Origin: Bugula neritina
Taxonomy: Eukaryota; Animalia; Bryozoa
Assembly: GCA_964035545.1 (NCBI GenBank)
Contig: OZ037766.1
Location: forward strand, 1,984,001 to 2,048,000
DNA: 64,000 nt
Direction: 5' to 3'
In this document: piece after piece, positions 1-15,200 of the stretch
Numbering within the stretch: position 1 is the stretch's first letter
Layout: every line of letters begins with the position of its first letter
The notes under the pieces: generated by a model
What the model saw: only the letters and a program-made list of their open reading frames with translations
Database searches by the model: none
Told to the model about the DNA's origin: nothing
Position numbers and translations under genes: made by a program

Positions 1-113
1 CCTTTTCTTTCGTAAATAATTTGCAATATCTTATGACATTGAGAGTCCTTCAAGGTTGATTATAGAAAATGCTTCATTTAAACGAATATAAAAAGGGGGC
101 TAATAAATAAGCA

Positions 114-225
114 ATACTGCTCTTGTGCCTCATCTAAATAAGTCCTTAGCCCCTTCTAACAAAAACCCTTTCCATCAGAGGTTTCTCACAGAGATAGCGA
201 CAATAAACTTGTGTGAGTGAGTTTT
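114..225 (+). mobile_element. 5'-truncated copy of the same SINE
   Basis: Matches the 3' half of 51483-51699 (AACAAAAACCCTTTCCATCA..TTTCTCACAG); 13-bp TSD TAATAAATAAGCA (101-113 / 226-238). Confidence 0.8.
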
Positions 226-3117
226 TAATAAATAAGCATATACCTAGGAGTGGACATAGGTTGGTAGAGGGGGGTATAGAATAGTAGCTGGTAAGGGGTG
301 GATATTTATATTAGTAGCTGGTAAGGAGGGGGTATAGAATAGCAGCTGGTAAGGAGGGGATTTTGGATTTGTGTCAAAGCTTTTGCCACAAGTTTTACTA
401 TTAATTGTAAGCAACACCAATTTGCACAGCACTTGCACCCCTTAAAGCAGCAAGTAAAGAACCTGATGAAAAACATAGAAGAAGTTATCTCCCCTATGGT
501 AGGTAAGCTCATCTCTAAAGTTAGCGTCTGACTTAGTAGTTAGGACTCAAATGTTATTCCTTAATGATGGAAAATACGTATAAATCTTGATATTGGTTGT
601 GGCTGTATAGAAATATGATTTATATAATGTTGAAATTTTAAGACTAGTGGTAAAAGATTAATTGGGATTTGGAACTTCAGTTGGTATTGGGATCAACCCA
701 GAAAACAAGCCCTACTCCTGAATTTCAGTCCATATCAGTTATTTATGTCACTAAACTTGATTTTGCGTCCAGCATTTCATGAAAGCTGGAAATTTAGTTT
801 TCCTGCATCCAATTTCAGAGAGCACACAACTCTACACTGCCTCCAGTTTAGTACAAAATAGCATCATTTGGAATGGGGGAATGCTCGTTGCATAGCAACC
901 GACTGACGAATCAGATTGCTTTGCCACTTTATACTTATCGCAAACGTTTGATGATTCTTCTAAGACCTAAGTAAACAGTAGATTATTATGTCTAAGTTAT
1001 ATGGGACAAGAATTGGAAGGGAAGAGGGGGCTAAGGGGCACAGATTTTTAATATTTCACAGTAAGATTCAAAGCTATTTAAATTAATGCAGTATTGCATA
1101 ATATTATAATACAATATATACGAGTATAATGTAACCCATTGTAAAATATAAAACATATACAGCACCATTTAATAAGTATATAACACTAAATATTGCCTTA
1201 ATATGTTCTGTCACATGATGTTTAATTCAGCTTGCACAAAATCCATTAAGAATTATCTTTGTGGTTCAGAAGTGAATTTCTTTGAAAACCATTTATATTT
1301 TTAATCACTTAGAATTAGTTGCAGCTATCTTATCTACTGCTACACTTACTTATAGGTTAAGTAGCTAATATTTCCAACATGTATCGTATTAATTATCATT
1401 GCAAATCAAACAAGTAAATGTGTATAATCAGTTTTCTAAGAAAACTGCTACAAGCCATTAATTTATTCTGGAATTTATAAAATATACAGACTCAAGCCTA
1501 GCAAATATTTCTACACTTGTGTTAAGGATGGGGGTGGCTATCACCCACCCAACCAATGTTATAATATAATGGCTTCCAACCAACTTGCTATATCTATTCA
1601 TTGTATTCTCTACCTCTAAGTTATATATTACTGCAAGTGTATACCAGCACTGAGCAAGATTTCACTACCAGTTTCCACCCCTATCTGCATTGCATCACCT
1701 TAGCAGTATTTATGCCAAATTAAGCCTGCAGCTGACACCTGTCTCCCACACATCTGACACCACCTGACTCATATTTGCTGACGGCTACATGCCTGTTAGA
1801 GTCTAATGTTACACAAGGAATTTATTGATATAAATAAGCTGATTCATTTGTAAAAAATGCGCTGTCAAAAATGTAGAACAAATTTAACGCATCTTGTCAC
1901 TTGATGTCCGTATTTAGAACTAGTCCTGGAAGCCGTTGCAAAGTTGACATGTGATTGCTGAGATCGATGACAAACTGGCTAATAGAATGCATTCCTGACA
2001 CAAGTTTCTAATATTAACACTAAAAGCACCTTCTCATTCCTCAACAGAGTGGGGCGTTGTCAAGAACCCCTTCCTGTTTTGACATATACTTCGATGCTCT
2101 TAGCCTATTTTAACAACTACTTCTAAACCCAAAAAGTTACAGTTACTCTTTGCTTACTACGAAGTATTTACCATATTATTATATGCTATCAAATACATAC
2201 TACACACTGCGTACAGGAAATAGCTTAAGGGCAAAAGTTCAGTAGCCTTAGTAACCAAAGTCATTGCGCTCACAACAGCAAACTTTGCAGGGATACAAAG
2301 ACCTATTAATACACTTTCCTGGAACTGCATAAGTTTAATAGTCCCAACCAGATGTACTATTATTGCCTTTTTTGACCTACTTCTTTGAACTATAATGTTT
2401 TCACCATACAAGACTTTTGAGGATGAGAGGCTATATTAGTCCTAAAATATTCACAGCTGTGAAGGTAGTGGTGGGAGGTGTCATTATCATACGAGCTGTG
2501 GTTAATAGAACTGTTGGCCCCTTTGATTATTGTCTTCTTGACTGAATAAACATTAACTCACTGTTCTGTAGTCTATGAACAGAGTGCAAATACATTTAGA
2601 TTTTGTAAGACACTTAATAATTAACACTGTTGAATAATGGAGATATTCATGTTTATATGTATAAAGATCTACCAGTTCTAGTATTTAGTATTTATAGATG
2701 TCATATCCATAGTAGTTACTTTCTACAGTATTATGGTAGCTATAGAATATAGATGCTATTCTGTAACTAATAAATAGCAAAGTAAAACTTTGTAGAGAGA
2801 ATAAACTATAGCACTGATTCATGAATATAATAATATAATGCTTGTTTCTATCAGCCATTCTGAATACGTGGATTGAGATTATTTTGAAAGCATATGCACA
2901 ATATTACTAAGTTTAATCAATGGAGCTAGTGGCAAAATTATAGTTACAAGAGAACATAACCCTGCTTATATGACTTCTCTAGAAAATCATATAATAACGA
3001 TGAAGACATTTTCGTAACTTTATACCATAACAGTATATTGATTACAATATAATGCCGTATACAAATAGCATTGCTAAATGTGTTTATGAAGCTGCATTAT
3101 ATACAGAATATTATTTA

Positions 3118-3215
3118 TTTATTTATAGAACCTATGATCATATTTATAGAACATATGATTATATTTGTAGAAAATAATATGATTATATTTATAGAACATA
3201 TGATTATATTTATAT
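3118..3215. repeat. About 21-bp AT-rich tandem repeat
   Basis: ATATGATTATATTTATAGAAC units. Confidence 0.8.
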
Positions 3216-3731
3216 AAGAAATATCCGAAGAAAGTAAAAGAGTGGAAGACATTGGGGATGGGAAGGGGAAGGAGAGGGGGGAGGGGATGGGAAGACGGTA
3301 CCAGGGGGAGGGGGGCTTCTGGGGATAGATGTTCAGAAAAGAAAATCCTGCAACTGATTTGTGAACTGCTAAAAATGAGGAAAAATGTAAAGATATAGTT
3401 ATTAGTGTTTTCCAACTACATCAATACATAGCTCTTAGCAGCAACTAAATATTTGCACAGTGTGCTAATAAAGATGCCCTGTGAACATGAACACCATGTA
3501 TTTTGTTATCTTCAAAGTGTGATTAGCATGTTGCTTGCTGTGAGATAATCCTTTACTTTGCCAACCAAACCTGTTAACTGCCAACACAAATTCAGGAAAT
3601 GCAACAACTTCAAATTTGGAGATTTTCCAAAGTGGTTTTCTAGGAAAACATTTTGCTTTGGAATTTGGTTTAAAAATAAAAAGATAATTTCTGTAACAAC
3701 AAACCCTGGAGATCAAGGGGTCAAGATTTTC

Positions 3732-3735
<4 letters not shown>

Positions 3736-3803
<68 letters not shown>

Positions 3804-3850
3804 GCGTGTGTGTGTGCGCGTGTGTGTGCGCGCGCGTGTGTGTGTGTGTA
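3736..3850. repeat. (TG)n / (CG) microsatellite
   Basis: Directly visible. Confidence 0.98.
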
Positions 3851-6049
3851 CGTGTACAAGTATCATAAGACACAGTACCAGAGTGTAACCTAGTTGCTTT
3901 ATACATAAATGTTTTACTAACAGCTGAATATTCTACAAGAAATCTAGAAATAATATGGATTTGAAGATATATTATGCAATTTGGAAAAGTGAAACTAGCA
4001 CATGGGTACATTTCTCTGAGTGAGAAAAACATATGTCGGGAAGTTATTGCAAAGTTAGTATCATGCCCCCTATTGATTATGTATTTCAACCTAAAATAAA
4101 ATTGAATCTATAAATCTATATAATATACTTTATAAAATATATTATATTCTATAACACATAAATTTTATATATTATATATAATATAAATTTTGGATTGTAT
4201 AAATTAAAAGTTATGTTGTAGTACATATAAAATATTGTATAAATCTATTACGTATATGTATATGTATTTAAAAATGAATGACCTTGAAAAAATATATCCC
4301 TTCTATGTTATGTCACATCATATTAATATTTAAGCAAAAGCACACAACACCATTACATGCTGTTTCCCATCTAAATTGAACTATCTCTAATATAATATAT
4401 AAATACAAAATTTTTAGCAAATCATGAAATTATGGTATTGTAATCTAACTTATCAATTTTTTGTGAGAATTATACATAATTGGTTGATGAATAGGCTACT
4501 TGGAGCTATACAGATAGTGTCAGATATTATACTAATAGTGTCTAGGATATACAACTATATATTATGGGGACTCTAACTTCTAGCAAAATACAGTTTCAAA
4601 CTCATTTAATATGTTAATAAGCTGAAAATCAAATATAGCTACTAACTTGAAATTATATTATTAAATATTAGAGTTTCATTTTTCTACATAGTAACAATTG
4701 AGTGTATAAACTATACTATATTTACACTCTACTGCAATGCATTTCTCATCTCTACGTCTTACAACAAATTTACACCTTTTGCACATGTTGCCTGTCACGT
4801 ACTCTTGTACGCAAATCTGATCTTTTGTTATCTCATTTCTTGAAACTTCAACTTCCTGAAATGATAAGAGAAAGCACACGGCTCATGCAGAGTAGGCCTG
4901 CGCATGAGTCGTGTGACTCTTTATTTGGGACTAAGATTAGACTTAATAAAAATCAGCTGATGTTAGAAGCATGCAGTTGACAAGTCAAGGAAGATTTCTT
5001 TCGCACGTAGTGGTGTTAATTGACCAATCAAATGCATTCCTGCAAGATTCGTATTCTAAGAAACTAATCTGACATGAAAGACCAGCAGATAACCAACCAT
5101 AAGGTGATGTGGCCACATGCGCGTTGAATCACATGACCAAGCTGGAGGTTTTCATAGAAACACCAATTAGCTACATCCCTGATCATCACAAAGCAAAAAA
5201 TGTTGATGTATGCAATAAAGCAAAAATTCAGTCCAATTCCGAGTTGTTTCTTCTAAATTAATTTATTGCTGCAAGTGAAAATGGTTTTAATGACTTTTTC
5301 AATTTTTTAAGCTCCACTAATGAGTTATTTTTTGACTAGTAATTCATTAGCTCTTTTGATTATTGCTTTGCTCAGTAAAACTGTTGGAACTATTCTAAAG
5401 TTTCCAATGTACCTACTACTATTTCCAGTTTTGATTTTAGTCAAGAAGACACAACTCCTGGGTACATGACTGTACTTTCTTAGTTTTTGACTTTACAAGT
5501 ATGCTACAGTGAATTTATTTTTACTTTATTTACTTTTTGTTAAAAGTTGCATTTCAACTTAATTCCAAAGTGGTCCAATACTTTGATAGGCTCTATATTT
5601 CTGAATGAGTTAAGAATATTCAAGCTTTATGACTTAAAAACTTAAAAAACTGGTTGCTATTGCTCAAACTACACACAGTTATGTTTGCATGTGTATGTGT
5701 ACACACATTACAACATCAAATTCTAAACTCAATCCTATTGTCAAGTGCTTTATTCTATGAAATGCGGATTTACAAGCTCTAGAAAAGATAACCAGAGATT
5801 TTATCTTTAGTAAACATCTTATCAACATTGGCGGTGCTCTGTGCCAGACAGTGTGTAAATAACATGCTGGGGAAAAATTGAAGCTTGATAGAATTATTAT
5901 CTTGACATTATATGAAACAAATGGCTTTACAATTTGAAATAGTATATGTAATATACAATATAGCACAATATAGTAGCTTATTGAATGCTACAGCATATTA
6001 GTTTACAATATATGCACTATAATATAGTGTAATATTATAAGCAGGTGTG

Positions 6050-6350
6050 CAGCTGTGGGCGACCTCAGCTACGCTACAAAGATGTCTGCAAAAAGCTATC
6101 AGCATTGACAGAGCTACCTGGGAGGATGTCGCATCCGATCACACAATTGTTGGAAGGGCAAACTAAAATACTATCTCACATCCAGGGAAGAAAAACCTTT
6201 CAGTGCAGCTGCTGAAAAGAGGGCACACAGAAGAGCTCAGGACATCACCAACAGACTGGAGTCCACTTACAAGTGTGACCTTTGTGGCAAGGACTGCCCC
6301 GCACAGCCACAGGCTCAGCTGCTTAGCCCAATCATAGGGTGCATTCCATG
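6050..6350 (+). mobile_element. Decayed 3' end of an RTE-type LINE
   Basis: Translates in pieces to GRPQLRYKDVCK..TWEDVASD..AEKRAHRR..YKCDLCGKDC, typical of RTE-clade ORF C-termini. Confidence 0.6.
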
Positions 6351-7247
6351 GTCAAATAATAATATTATATGATGTCATTGTATATGTAATATAGTATATA
6401 ACATATGTAAGATGCAATATAATATATTAAAAGGGATATGGTAGTATTACAGTTAAATCAAGAAAGCTGCATTCACCCTGGCTTCGAAAACTCACATGTG
6501 GTTAGATTATTTAAAGAACAAGATATGTCTATTGTTAGTTTATATTCGGCTTTTAATTATCATGTAATGATTTATTATCAAATATGAATTATAATAAAAT
6601 AATAGACTGATGCATGCCGGCACACGCACATGAGAATGCACATTATTAGTATAGTAAGCAAGCAAATTATAGAGGTAGCATAAAAGATTTTTCTTAAATA
6701 TCCATTAAATTTTATACTGTACATATTATTTTTACTTAATTATAAAAGAGTTTTATAGCTATATAGTGAGTTGAAAATATAAAAATTCGAATTACTAAAG
6801 TTAAAATTATACATAAAAACATATTATAGGCTGAATCTAATTATGTAATGCTACCTTAGGGATTTCACAAAAACAAAAATGTGCAAACATTTAGGAGTTG
6901 TCTTCATCTTGCTTAGTAAATACTATACTTAGGCCTTGTAAACACAGAAGGATAACGGGTGAAATTTCTTTGAAACCGCAAGCTAAGTTATGATACAATT
7001 AAACCAAACAGACTCGCTGAATTTGTATCCGCTTCTTTGTTACTGGTTGCTACCCGATATGTATATAAAAATGAAATCCACGTTCATTTTGTTTGGATTT
7101 TGATGTACTTATGGAGTACATCTTAAAAATTATTCATTAACCAAACTTATTTAAAATATTTAATTTTAAATGCAATTATAATAGTTTCATTAAATTATTT
7201 TTAATCTAACCATTCAGATTATGAGAATCAGTATCACTGGCAGTCTA

Positions 7248-7350
7248 GTAATACTAATAGTAATACTAATACTAATAGTAATAGTAATACTAATAGTAAT
7301 AGTAATACTAATACTAAGTTTAACAGTAACAGTAATGGTGATAGTAATAT
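7248..7350. repeat. (TAATAG/TAATAC)n simple repeat
   Basis: Directly visible. Confidence 0.9.
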
Positions 7351-9261
7351 AGTAACTCTAGTCTCTAGGAAAATGACTTAATAAAAAATGTTAGTCTTAC
7401 ATAGTTATCAAAAACTTAATGCTTATATTTTTAGCAATATTAAATCACAATGCTACAGACCTAAAATCAATGCAAAACTGAATATGGCTAATTTCAATTT
7501 GTGAATGGTTTTAAAATTGAGGCTATAACACTTTTTTAATCTTCAAGTTTTCTCCGAACCTCAAAGTGAGACGGTGACGCTGAAAACAAGTGTGATCAAA
7601 TTTGTTAAATTTTAATTGTTCAAACTCAAAGTTTGTTATAAATATTTAAGTAGTAAGTTGTCATTACCTACTTTGGTTTTACATTTTAAAATAAAAATTG
7701 AAAACGTTGCATAGCTTGTAAAATTGCTATTAATACTATATATTAATGTGATTTATTTTAATTGTTATTATTGTTATTTGTTACTATTTGTTTATTGCAA
7801 CAGCTTGATAAAATGGGTGCTAACAAACTTTAGTGAAGTCCAAATTTTAGCAAATTTTATACTGCAAATTATTTTTGATCCTGAATTTTAAATTCACATT
7901 TAAAGTTTTTATAACTTACTTGTTTTTGCTGCAATTTTCTATAATTATTAACAAGCACACTATCTAAGTTTGCTCTTTGATCATCTATTAGCTAACTCAG
8001 GAACAGTTTGTTGCTAGTTAGCAAATCTTCTTAACTAACTTTTAAAAGTTATGTACAGACAATACTGGGCATTACTCTAACTCTGATTTTATACATCATA
8101 CCTACTTTTATTATAAGTTTACCATTGTGTTTACCTGTTTCTATTTTCTCTTAAATTTTGAAATCATTTAGTTTAGCAATATCATTTATTGTAGTCACTG
8201 TACTCTATTTATGAACAGTAACTAGTCAGTAGTTTTCATTACTCCAATTGCTCTCATATCCCTAAACCTACTCAATACTATCATCATTTGCTGTAGTCAA
8301 ATTACACTCACACACTTCACAAGGTTGTCATCGACTAAGAAATGCTAAGACAATTTGTCTCTTGATTACATTTGAGTAAGCTCAAACTCAATTAAATATA
8401 CTGATACTGCTTTTTCTTAAGATTCACACATTCTACATTTTGCTGTCCTTGCTATTTCATTCTTTTAAATCTGTAACTTTTAGCAAACACTCCGATTGAC
8501 TTTAATTAATCAGTAATCTAACAAATGTTAGTAGCATTTTTATTTCTCATGTTGATTTACTCCTTTCTTGAGTCAGTGTTTGATGGATATTAACCTATAA
8601 CTCTTTACTCAATATGGCTAAGACTTTTCACAGCATCCATATTAGTTTTAGTAGAGCAAAAATGACACGGTTTATCAGCTTTTTTTGTTTGAGTTACCAG
8701 CATTTTCTAGTTTTGCTGCTGAGGTTTTGCTAATAGTTACAGCATTGCTTTACTGGTAATTACTGTTCATGATCTTCTTTCTTAGCTTCTTTGGCAATTC
8801 TTTTTACTCTTTTTTTCTGTTCTGCTGTCTCAAGATCAATTTATTTGCAAATTACTTATAATTTGTTTGAAATTTACTTGGTGTTACTTTACTTGTTGTC
8901 AATTTAAAATCATATTAAAATGTTGTAACCCTCCATTGTTAATTGAAGGGATATTCGAATCACAATACTCTACATTATAAGAGTGTTGTTTTTGTCACCC
9001 AAAATATGTAGAAATATGATTATAATGTTGCTTAAAACTATACTAAATTCAAAATGGCCTGTTTCAATGTGTTGTAGAACTTTATATATTTGATTTTTAA
9101 TACTAAAAATCTGCAAATTACTTTAAATTAAAAACATTTCAACTAAAAGACTAATTTTGATAGTTAAATAGCTTTAAAGTTATGATGGACCACCAATTTT
9201 ATATTAACGGAATGCTGCTTTACTGCGATTTGTTTTAGAAATGAGGCTTTAGTGTTGTAAG

Positions 9262-12200
9262 ATGTCTGAAGATGACCTAGACCTCAATGGTACTTATACA
9301 GTGCGTCAAGGGTTGCCTCCCCTGAATGTTGATAGTCGGCACCGAGAGTCGACTGACCATGTGATTACCATGCCACTTACTCCCCGGGACAACAGCGAGA
9401 CTGTCCAATCAGGTATTCTACAACAGACACACACCCATTGTGATGACATTGACAGCGCTTGGCAAATTGCCCAAGACAAAATTTATTGCTGGAAACATGG
9501 GATGACTGCTTTTAATTTTGAAAATACTAAAACTTTGCTAGTAAAGTTCAATTTAGAAAAATAGGCACCCTTGTTCTAAGTATGTCCCAAAATCAGAACA
9601 TTTATGAAAATTGAGTTAAAAATAGAGTTATCTTAGAAATATGACACAGAAGCATAAAACGTCTACTATTTATACTATACTGAGTAGCTAAATAGTTTAA
9701 TGTTGATCTAGTAGCCATGACAGGCATAATTAGTAGAAGATAACTGCTAACTGACATGGTGCAGGTACTCAACACGAGTTTAAGTCAGTCTGAATATTCT
9801 AGAACAGGCTTAATGTTGGGGATGAGAGACCAGCATAGGCATTAAGCTATTATTCATTGACTAATACTTTTTCTTTTCAGTGAAATAGTAGGCACCTTCA
9901 GCATACCATAATACAGCTATAATATAATATGCTATTAGGTTATAAAATTGGTTAATAGTAGAATAACAACACTTAAATTCCGTGAGTTAATTCCTATTCA
10001 GTAAGTTATAGTTGTTACTAATCTTTGATAAAGTTTATTGAAAGCAGATGATAGAATTATTGGCCATTGAATTTAGCTGTGTAACAGTCAATAAGGGTTT
10101 CAACTTTTATTTGATTTTCTAGAATAATATCTTGTTATTTTGGTTTGCCTAATAAAAACAAGTTCAACTAATCACATTTGGAGCAGAAGAAATCTCGATA
10201 GTAAAACTTTAGATAAAAGTATTGTGAGATACGAAAATATTTATAGAATCTAAAAGAATTGTTAAATAGAATTATAGTCCCAGGGTGTTGTATTTACTCA
10301 AATAAAATGTGCAATCAGACTTGTCTTCTCTTTACTGCTAACTGATAATTTACTTTATTGCTAATTAAAGGCAGTAAATGAAAGGTCAAAGGTCTCACCT
10401 GTCACTAGACGTACAGGAAAGAGTTCTTTTATCTCATTTTAGAAAAACCTCCGAAGCACAAGAGTTCAGAAAGACACAAGAAGAAGAGGAAGCACAGCAG
10501 AGACAGGTCTAGTCGTCATGCTGACAGCGTGCCCTTTGTTGATGCCGAGTCTGACAGCCTTGGCAGCCCGTACCAGGTGGTAGCCACAAGCTCTGCTGAT
10601 GGTATGTATATATCACCATATTTTATATTTTATAAATATTGACTTATACAGATTTAGAAGTAATCTGTCAGATTGGGTATTGGAAACGCTGATGAATTCC
10701 TTTGATTTGTTTTTTCTAGCACTTGAGTTATTATTTTCAATTTGAAAACATTGATCAAGTTTTTATTTGATTTTACAACATATAGCATCAAGTTTTATGA
10801 TAATTAATTACTCTTACTAAATTTCTTTGGATTTTTTTTATAATTCTTCACCCTTAATCATAAGTTATAGCATACATGCTGATTAGTGAAAAAAAGTTTA
10901 AATGACTGGTTTTAACTCAGTCTTTGATAACAAACTTTTTAGTTTTAAGATACAAAATTATTTTGCTGACTTTAGTTGGTAAAATTATATATTTTAGCCA
11001 TATTCATAGATAATGAGTAGATTTGATTTTGACTCAATATTCTTAAGAAAACAATGAATTTTTAACAAAAATGTCTCAGTTTATGTAATTCTACACAATA
11101 ATGTACTTAGGTTTTAGTTATGCTGTCTATGCAATCTCTATGCGCCTTATTTTGTATACATTTAACTTCCTGTAGATGAAAGACTCCCCAGAGCAGCTCG
11201 ATCTAGCAAACTGGAACCTATTCTTCAGGAGCACCCACTGATTTCACCACCGATAGAGCGAAAAGTACCTATTATAGAAAACCCCCCTGAGGTTCCCCTG
11301 CAGACAATTAGACGAAGGAGTGTAGCCAGCAGAAAGGGGGATGATGAGATTAGAGAAGGTTTGTTCTAGAATGTTCCTACTAGATGAATAGAGATACCAT
11401 ATGCCGTATATGATTGCTGTAAGGTAGAGAAGTTGAGAATAGCTTAGACCTTAGGCCTTAGGGTGTATGAATAACCTCATTGGTTCCTTGCTATTTCAGT
11501 GGAGTCTTGATATGAAAGTGGCCAACAAATTTATTGTTTACTAGTTTTATTTTTTTAGTTTTTCATCTCTAAAATAGTTTTTGGTAAAGAAAATAATTAA
11601 GTAAGAAAGTAATTTTATTTTGAAAAAAGTCCTAAAAATAATATTAATTCATTTGCTTTATTATACTAAATCTGTTGTAATCTAAAGCATTGGAAAGTTG
11701 ATGTTGGCTGCAGCTTATAGAAAATGACTTGATGATATAGTATTAGGTGTGACAATTTTTCGACTATTATTTTTAGTTGTTGAGACAATTTGCCTGGACC
11801 TTTGTTTATCATTTTAGTTGCAGGCTTGTTGTAGTTTAGTGTAATCAATGCCATTGTGTATTCATTTCGACCACATACTCAATGCATGTACCACACATGT
11901 ATATCTTTAATTGATTGTAGAACAAGAAAATAGTCTGGATAAACTAGATAAACGTAAGAAAGCATGAGTTCTATGCTATGTCAAGGCCTTCCTCTGTAGT
12001 TTCCTGGTTATTGAGATAACTTTACATGACTGTTGCTGTGTCTATTATTGAAAATTAAGGCTAAGCATTTTCTGTGCTTTCTTAAAATATGAGTTTCATA
12101 TAAAAGATTTGGAGTTACTCTTCTATAGTTTTACAAATGGGCAGGCAACTACTATAAGTGTGTTACCTATTGGAATTCTTATTATGTAATATGCTATATA

Positions 12201-15200
12201 ATATATGCTATTTCTATTGCTTTATCTCTGTTAATATTGCTAAACAGAAAAAGTGTTATGCATGTGAATAGGTTTTTGAAGCGGGCATTTGTTGAAAAGA
12301 ATTCATTCTAAAATAAACTTTTATTTCCTGCCTCAGTCATGTACAACGCTGCCATGTCTTGTACAATGCTGTCAAACTATGCAGTTATTCAGTTTTATAG
12401 TAAATTATATTTTGTTACATTATTTGACTTTTTGTTCTCTGTTTTATAATGTCATGATTATTGCGTTTTTATTTGATTTGAAACTTGATCTTAGTTGTAT
12501 CTTTAAGGCCTATTACAAGTACTCTAACTACTTCACTTGAATAAAGGAAATTTTTAATTTTTTTATGCAGCGGAAAGTTCGAAAATGTTTAGAAAAAAGA
12601 GAAAGAAGCGATATGAAAAGGAGCGAGATATCGAGCTGATAATGGCAGAGTGGGATATTTGTAAATTCATCACCTCAAACTTTCACCAGACGCCGTAAGT
12701 GACTCAGTAATACTAGACTTAATGTCGCTGCTTTCAATTTTTCAGATTCAATCAACTGCTGCCGTGAATGATCACCTTAAATTGCTGACTTTACTAGTTT
12801 TTTGGCTAATGTTGTTTTAAAAGTCTTTTACCATTTTTAACCTTTTAAATTTTGCAATGCTAATTTTTATAATAAAATGTAAAAATATATTCTATTATAT
12901 GAAGATATATAATTCCTACAAGGTATAATATAATTTTATATTATATATTTTGTTCTAGCAATGGTTGACTATAATTGTAAATGTTCTAATAATGGGTATG
13001 GTGTGGTAAAACTAGATTGCTAGTAACTCTGTGTTTGAGATTTTTAAAGAATTTTTTTACCAGTTTTTAATAAACTTTTGCTATGGATTTTAGGGATGCT
13101 GAACAGACAGACATTGCTGGTGGCCGAAAGAATAGTCTGTCTGTCTCACCGAATCAGAAAGATTGGAAGACCACGTCAGCTTTCGGTAGAATCAACTTTC
13201 GTAAGGATGCCAAGTCTACATACGAGCCTCCAGTAAGTCTTGGATTTTCTGTCAAAATATATTTATGATGTTCTGATGAATGTTTGTTATTTGTTTGTAC
13301 TAGTTTATAGGTAGTATATTATATATAACAAGATTTACTAGGGTGATGTTGAATGCTTTGCCTGAAAGAAGTAAAAAAATTCAGTGTCCAACACTCAGAT
13401 TACGTAAATCTAATGTAACATAAGTTGTCATTGGTTTAACTTAAATGTAACATAGTTGCAATTTGATAATAGAGTAACAAAGAGCAGTTTTTTAAATATG
13501 TCTTAGATTTATATTATAACCTTTTGCTATAATAGTAAATAATGAATATATGCCTGTCTTTAACATTCATTTTTCTATATTATGTTGATCCAAATCATTT
13601 AGCTACATGTATTTTGAAAAATATGTTGATAATATTTTTAAAATTTTCAAAACTCATTGCAAATTCTAGAAAATACCAGCTCTGTAGTCATCTGCATGCA
13701 TAGCTTGTTTGTGTGAATCCTTGCATCTTTTTTACTCACAACAAGATATGCGAGAGTATACGGTTCTTTCACCTAATTTATATTATATGACTCAGTATAC
13801 AGCCAAAATGAAGTAGGACATCTAACTAACTATCACCGTGTGACTCACTCACTTGCAGTGAGCAATGTAACTTACTATGACAGTGTGAGGTCATTTACTA
13901 TTTGATATATATTCTCATTCCAATAAATATTTCATCAGATATTGTATTGTGTTTTCAACTTTATTTCCAGTATATTCGCCTTCACAAAGAAGATAGCAAG
14001 GATGCTCTCCTAGAGCTAATGTCAGACCATTGGAAGTTGCCTGACCCTAAACTCATCGTTTCAATAGTGGGCGGAGCTAAAAGGTTTCACTTTGCCAAAA
14101 CTAGACTGAATGCTTTGTTTAAGCAGGGCCTCATGGACATAGCGAAGACATCTGGTGAGCTACCCTAACATATCATACGAATCACAGACCACTATGATAT
14201 CTTTTGTCTTTTAATTAAATGGTCCTGATAATTCTGCCATATGAACATTTACTCTGTAAAGAAATTATTTGAAATTTTTTTCATGATCGAAATTAAATAT
14301 AATTAAATTAAATATACCTGGTAATTCCGTTATATGAAAATGTATTGTATAAAGAACCAATTTATTTTAATTGATTCGATATAATACACTTGGCAGTATT
14401 AAAATGGAAGTTGTGTATCGTCCGAGTACTAGTGTATAGATAAAACTAAGCACGACCGAATAAGTTTTTAATCTGAGGTCGAACTGTATTGGTCAGGAGC
14501 GTGGATACTAACCCCTGGTTCCAACACTGGTGTATACAAGATGATTGGGTCGGCTGTAAAAGACCATATAGACTCAGCTGGATCCGCTGCTATGAACGAC
14601 CTTGTCCTATTAGGGATTGCTTCCTGGGGGTCAGTGGCCGGCAGAGATCTGCTGGTAGACACGAAGGTGAGTTTACAGAGTGTCCCAGCTCTAGATGTAC
14701 TACTCTGAACACTGTTTCAGCTCTACCTCACTGCTTTTGTCCCACACTAGTCCACCAATCTGAATGAAGATACCTTGTAGGAAGGATTGTGACTCTAATC
14801 ATAACATTTCTCTGGATGTGTGTTTAAAGAGACAAGGGAAGAATCCAGCCATGTACCCCATTACAGATGTTAATGTTCAGAAAGGTACACAGCCCCTAGA
14901 CCCAAACCACTCTCACTTCATACTTGTTGATGATGGCTCTAGAAATACTTTTGGCGGAGAGATCAAATGGAGAGCTGATTTTGAGAAATTTCTCACTCAG
15001 CACGTGCTCTCTGACTCTAAAGGTATGAATACTCTCAGTCTATAGTTTATACTAATGCTACATGCAGGCACCTCCCCCTACTAATAGTATACTCTCAGTC
15101 TATAGTTTATACTGTTGCTACATGCAGGCACCTCCCCCTACTAATAGTATACTCTCAGTCTATAGTTTATACTGTTGCTACATGCAGGCACCTCCCCCTA

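Noticed and set aside
2100-2560. Decayed minus-strand LINE-like coding remnants (also about 8000-8930 and about 34900-35700)
   Set aside because: Composition suggests old LINE debris, but I could not recover convincing motifs or boundaries by eye.
3465-4089. Minus-strand ORFs with THTHTH runs (also 34215-34506)
   Set aside because: Translations of (TG)n microsatellites.
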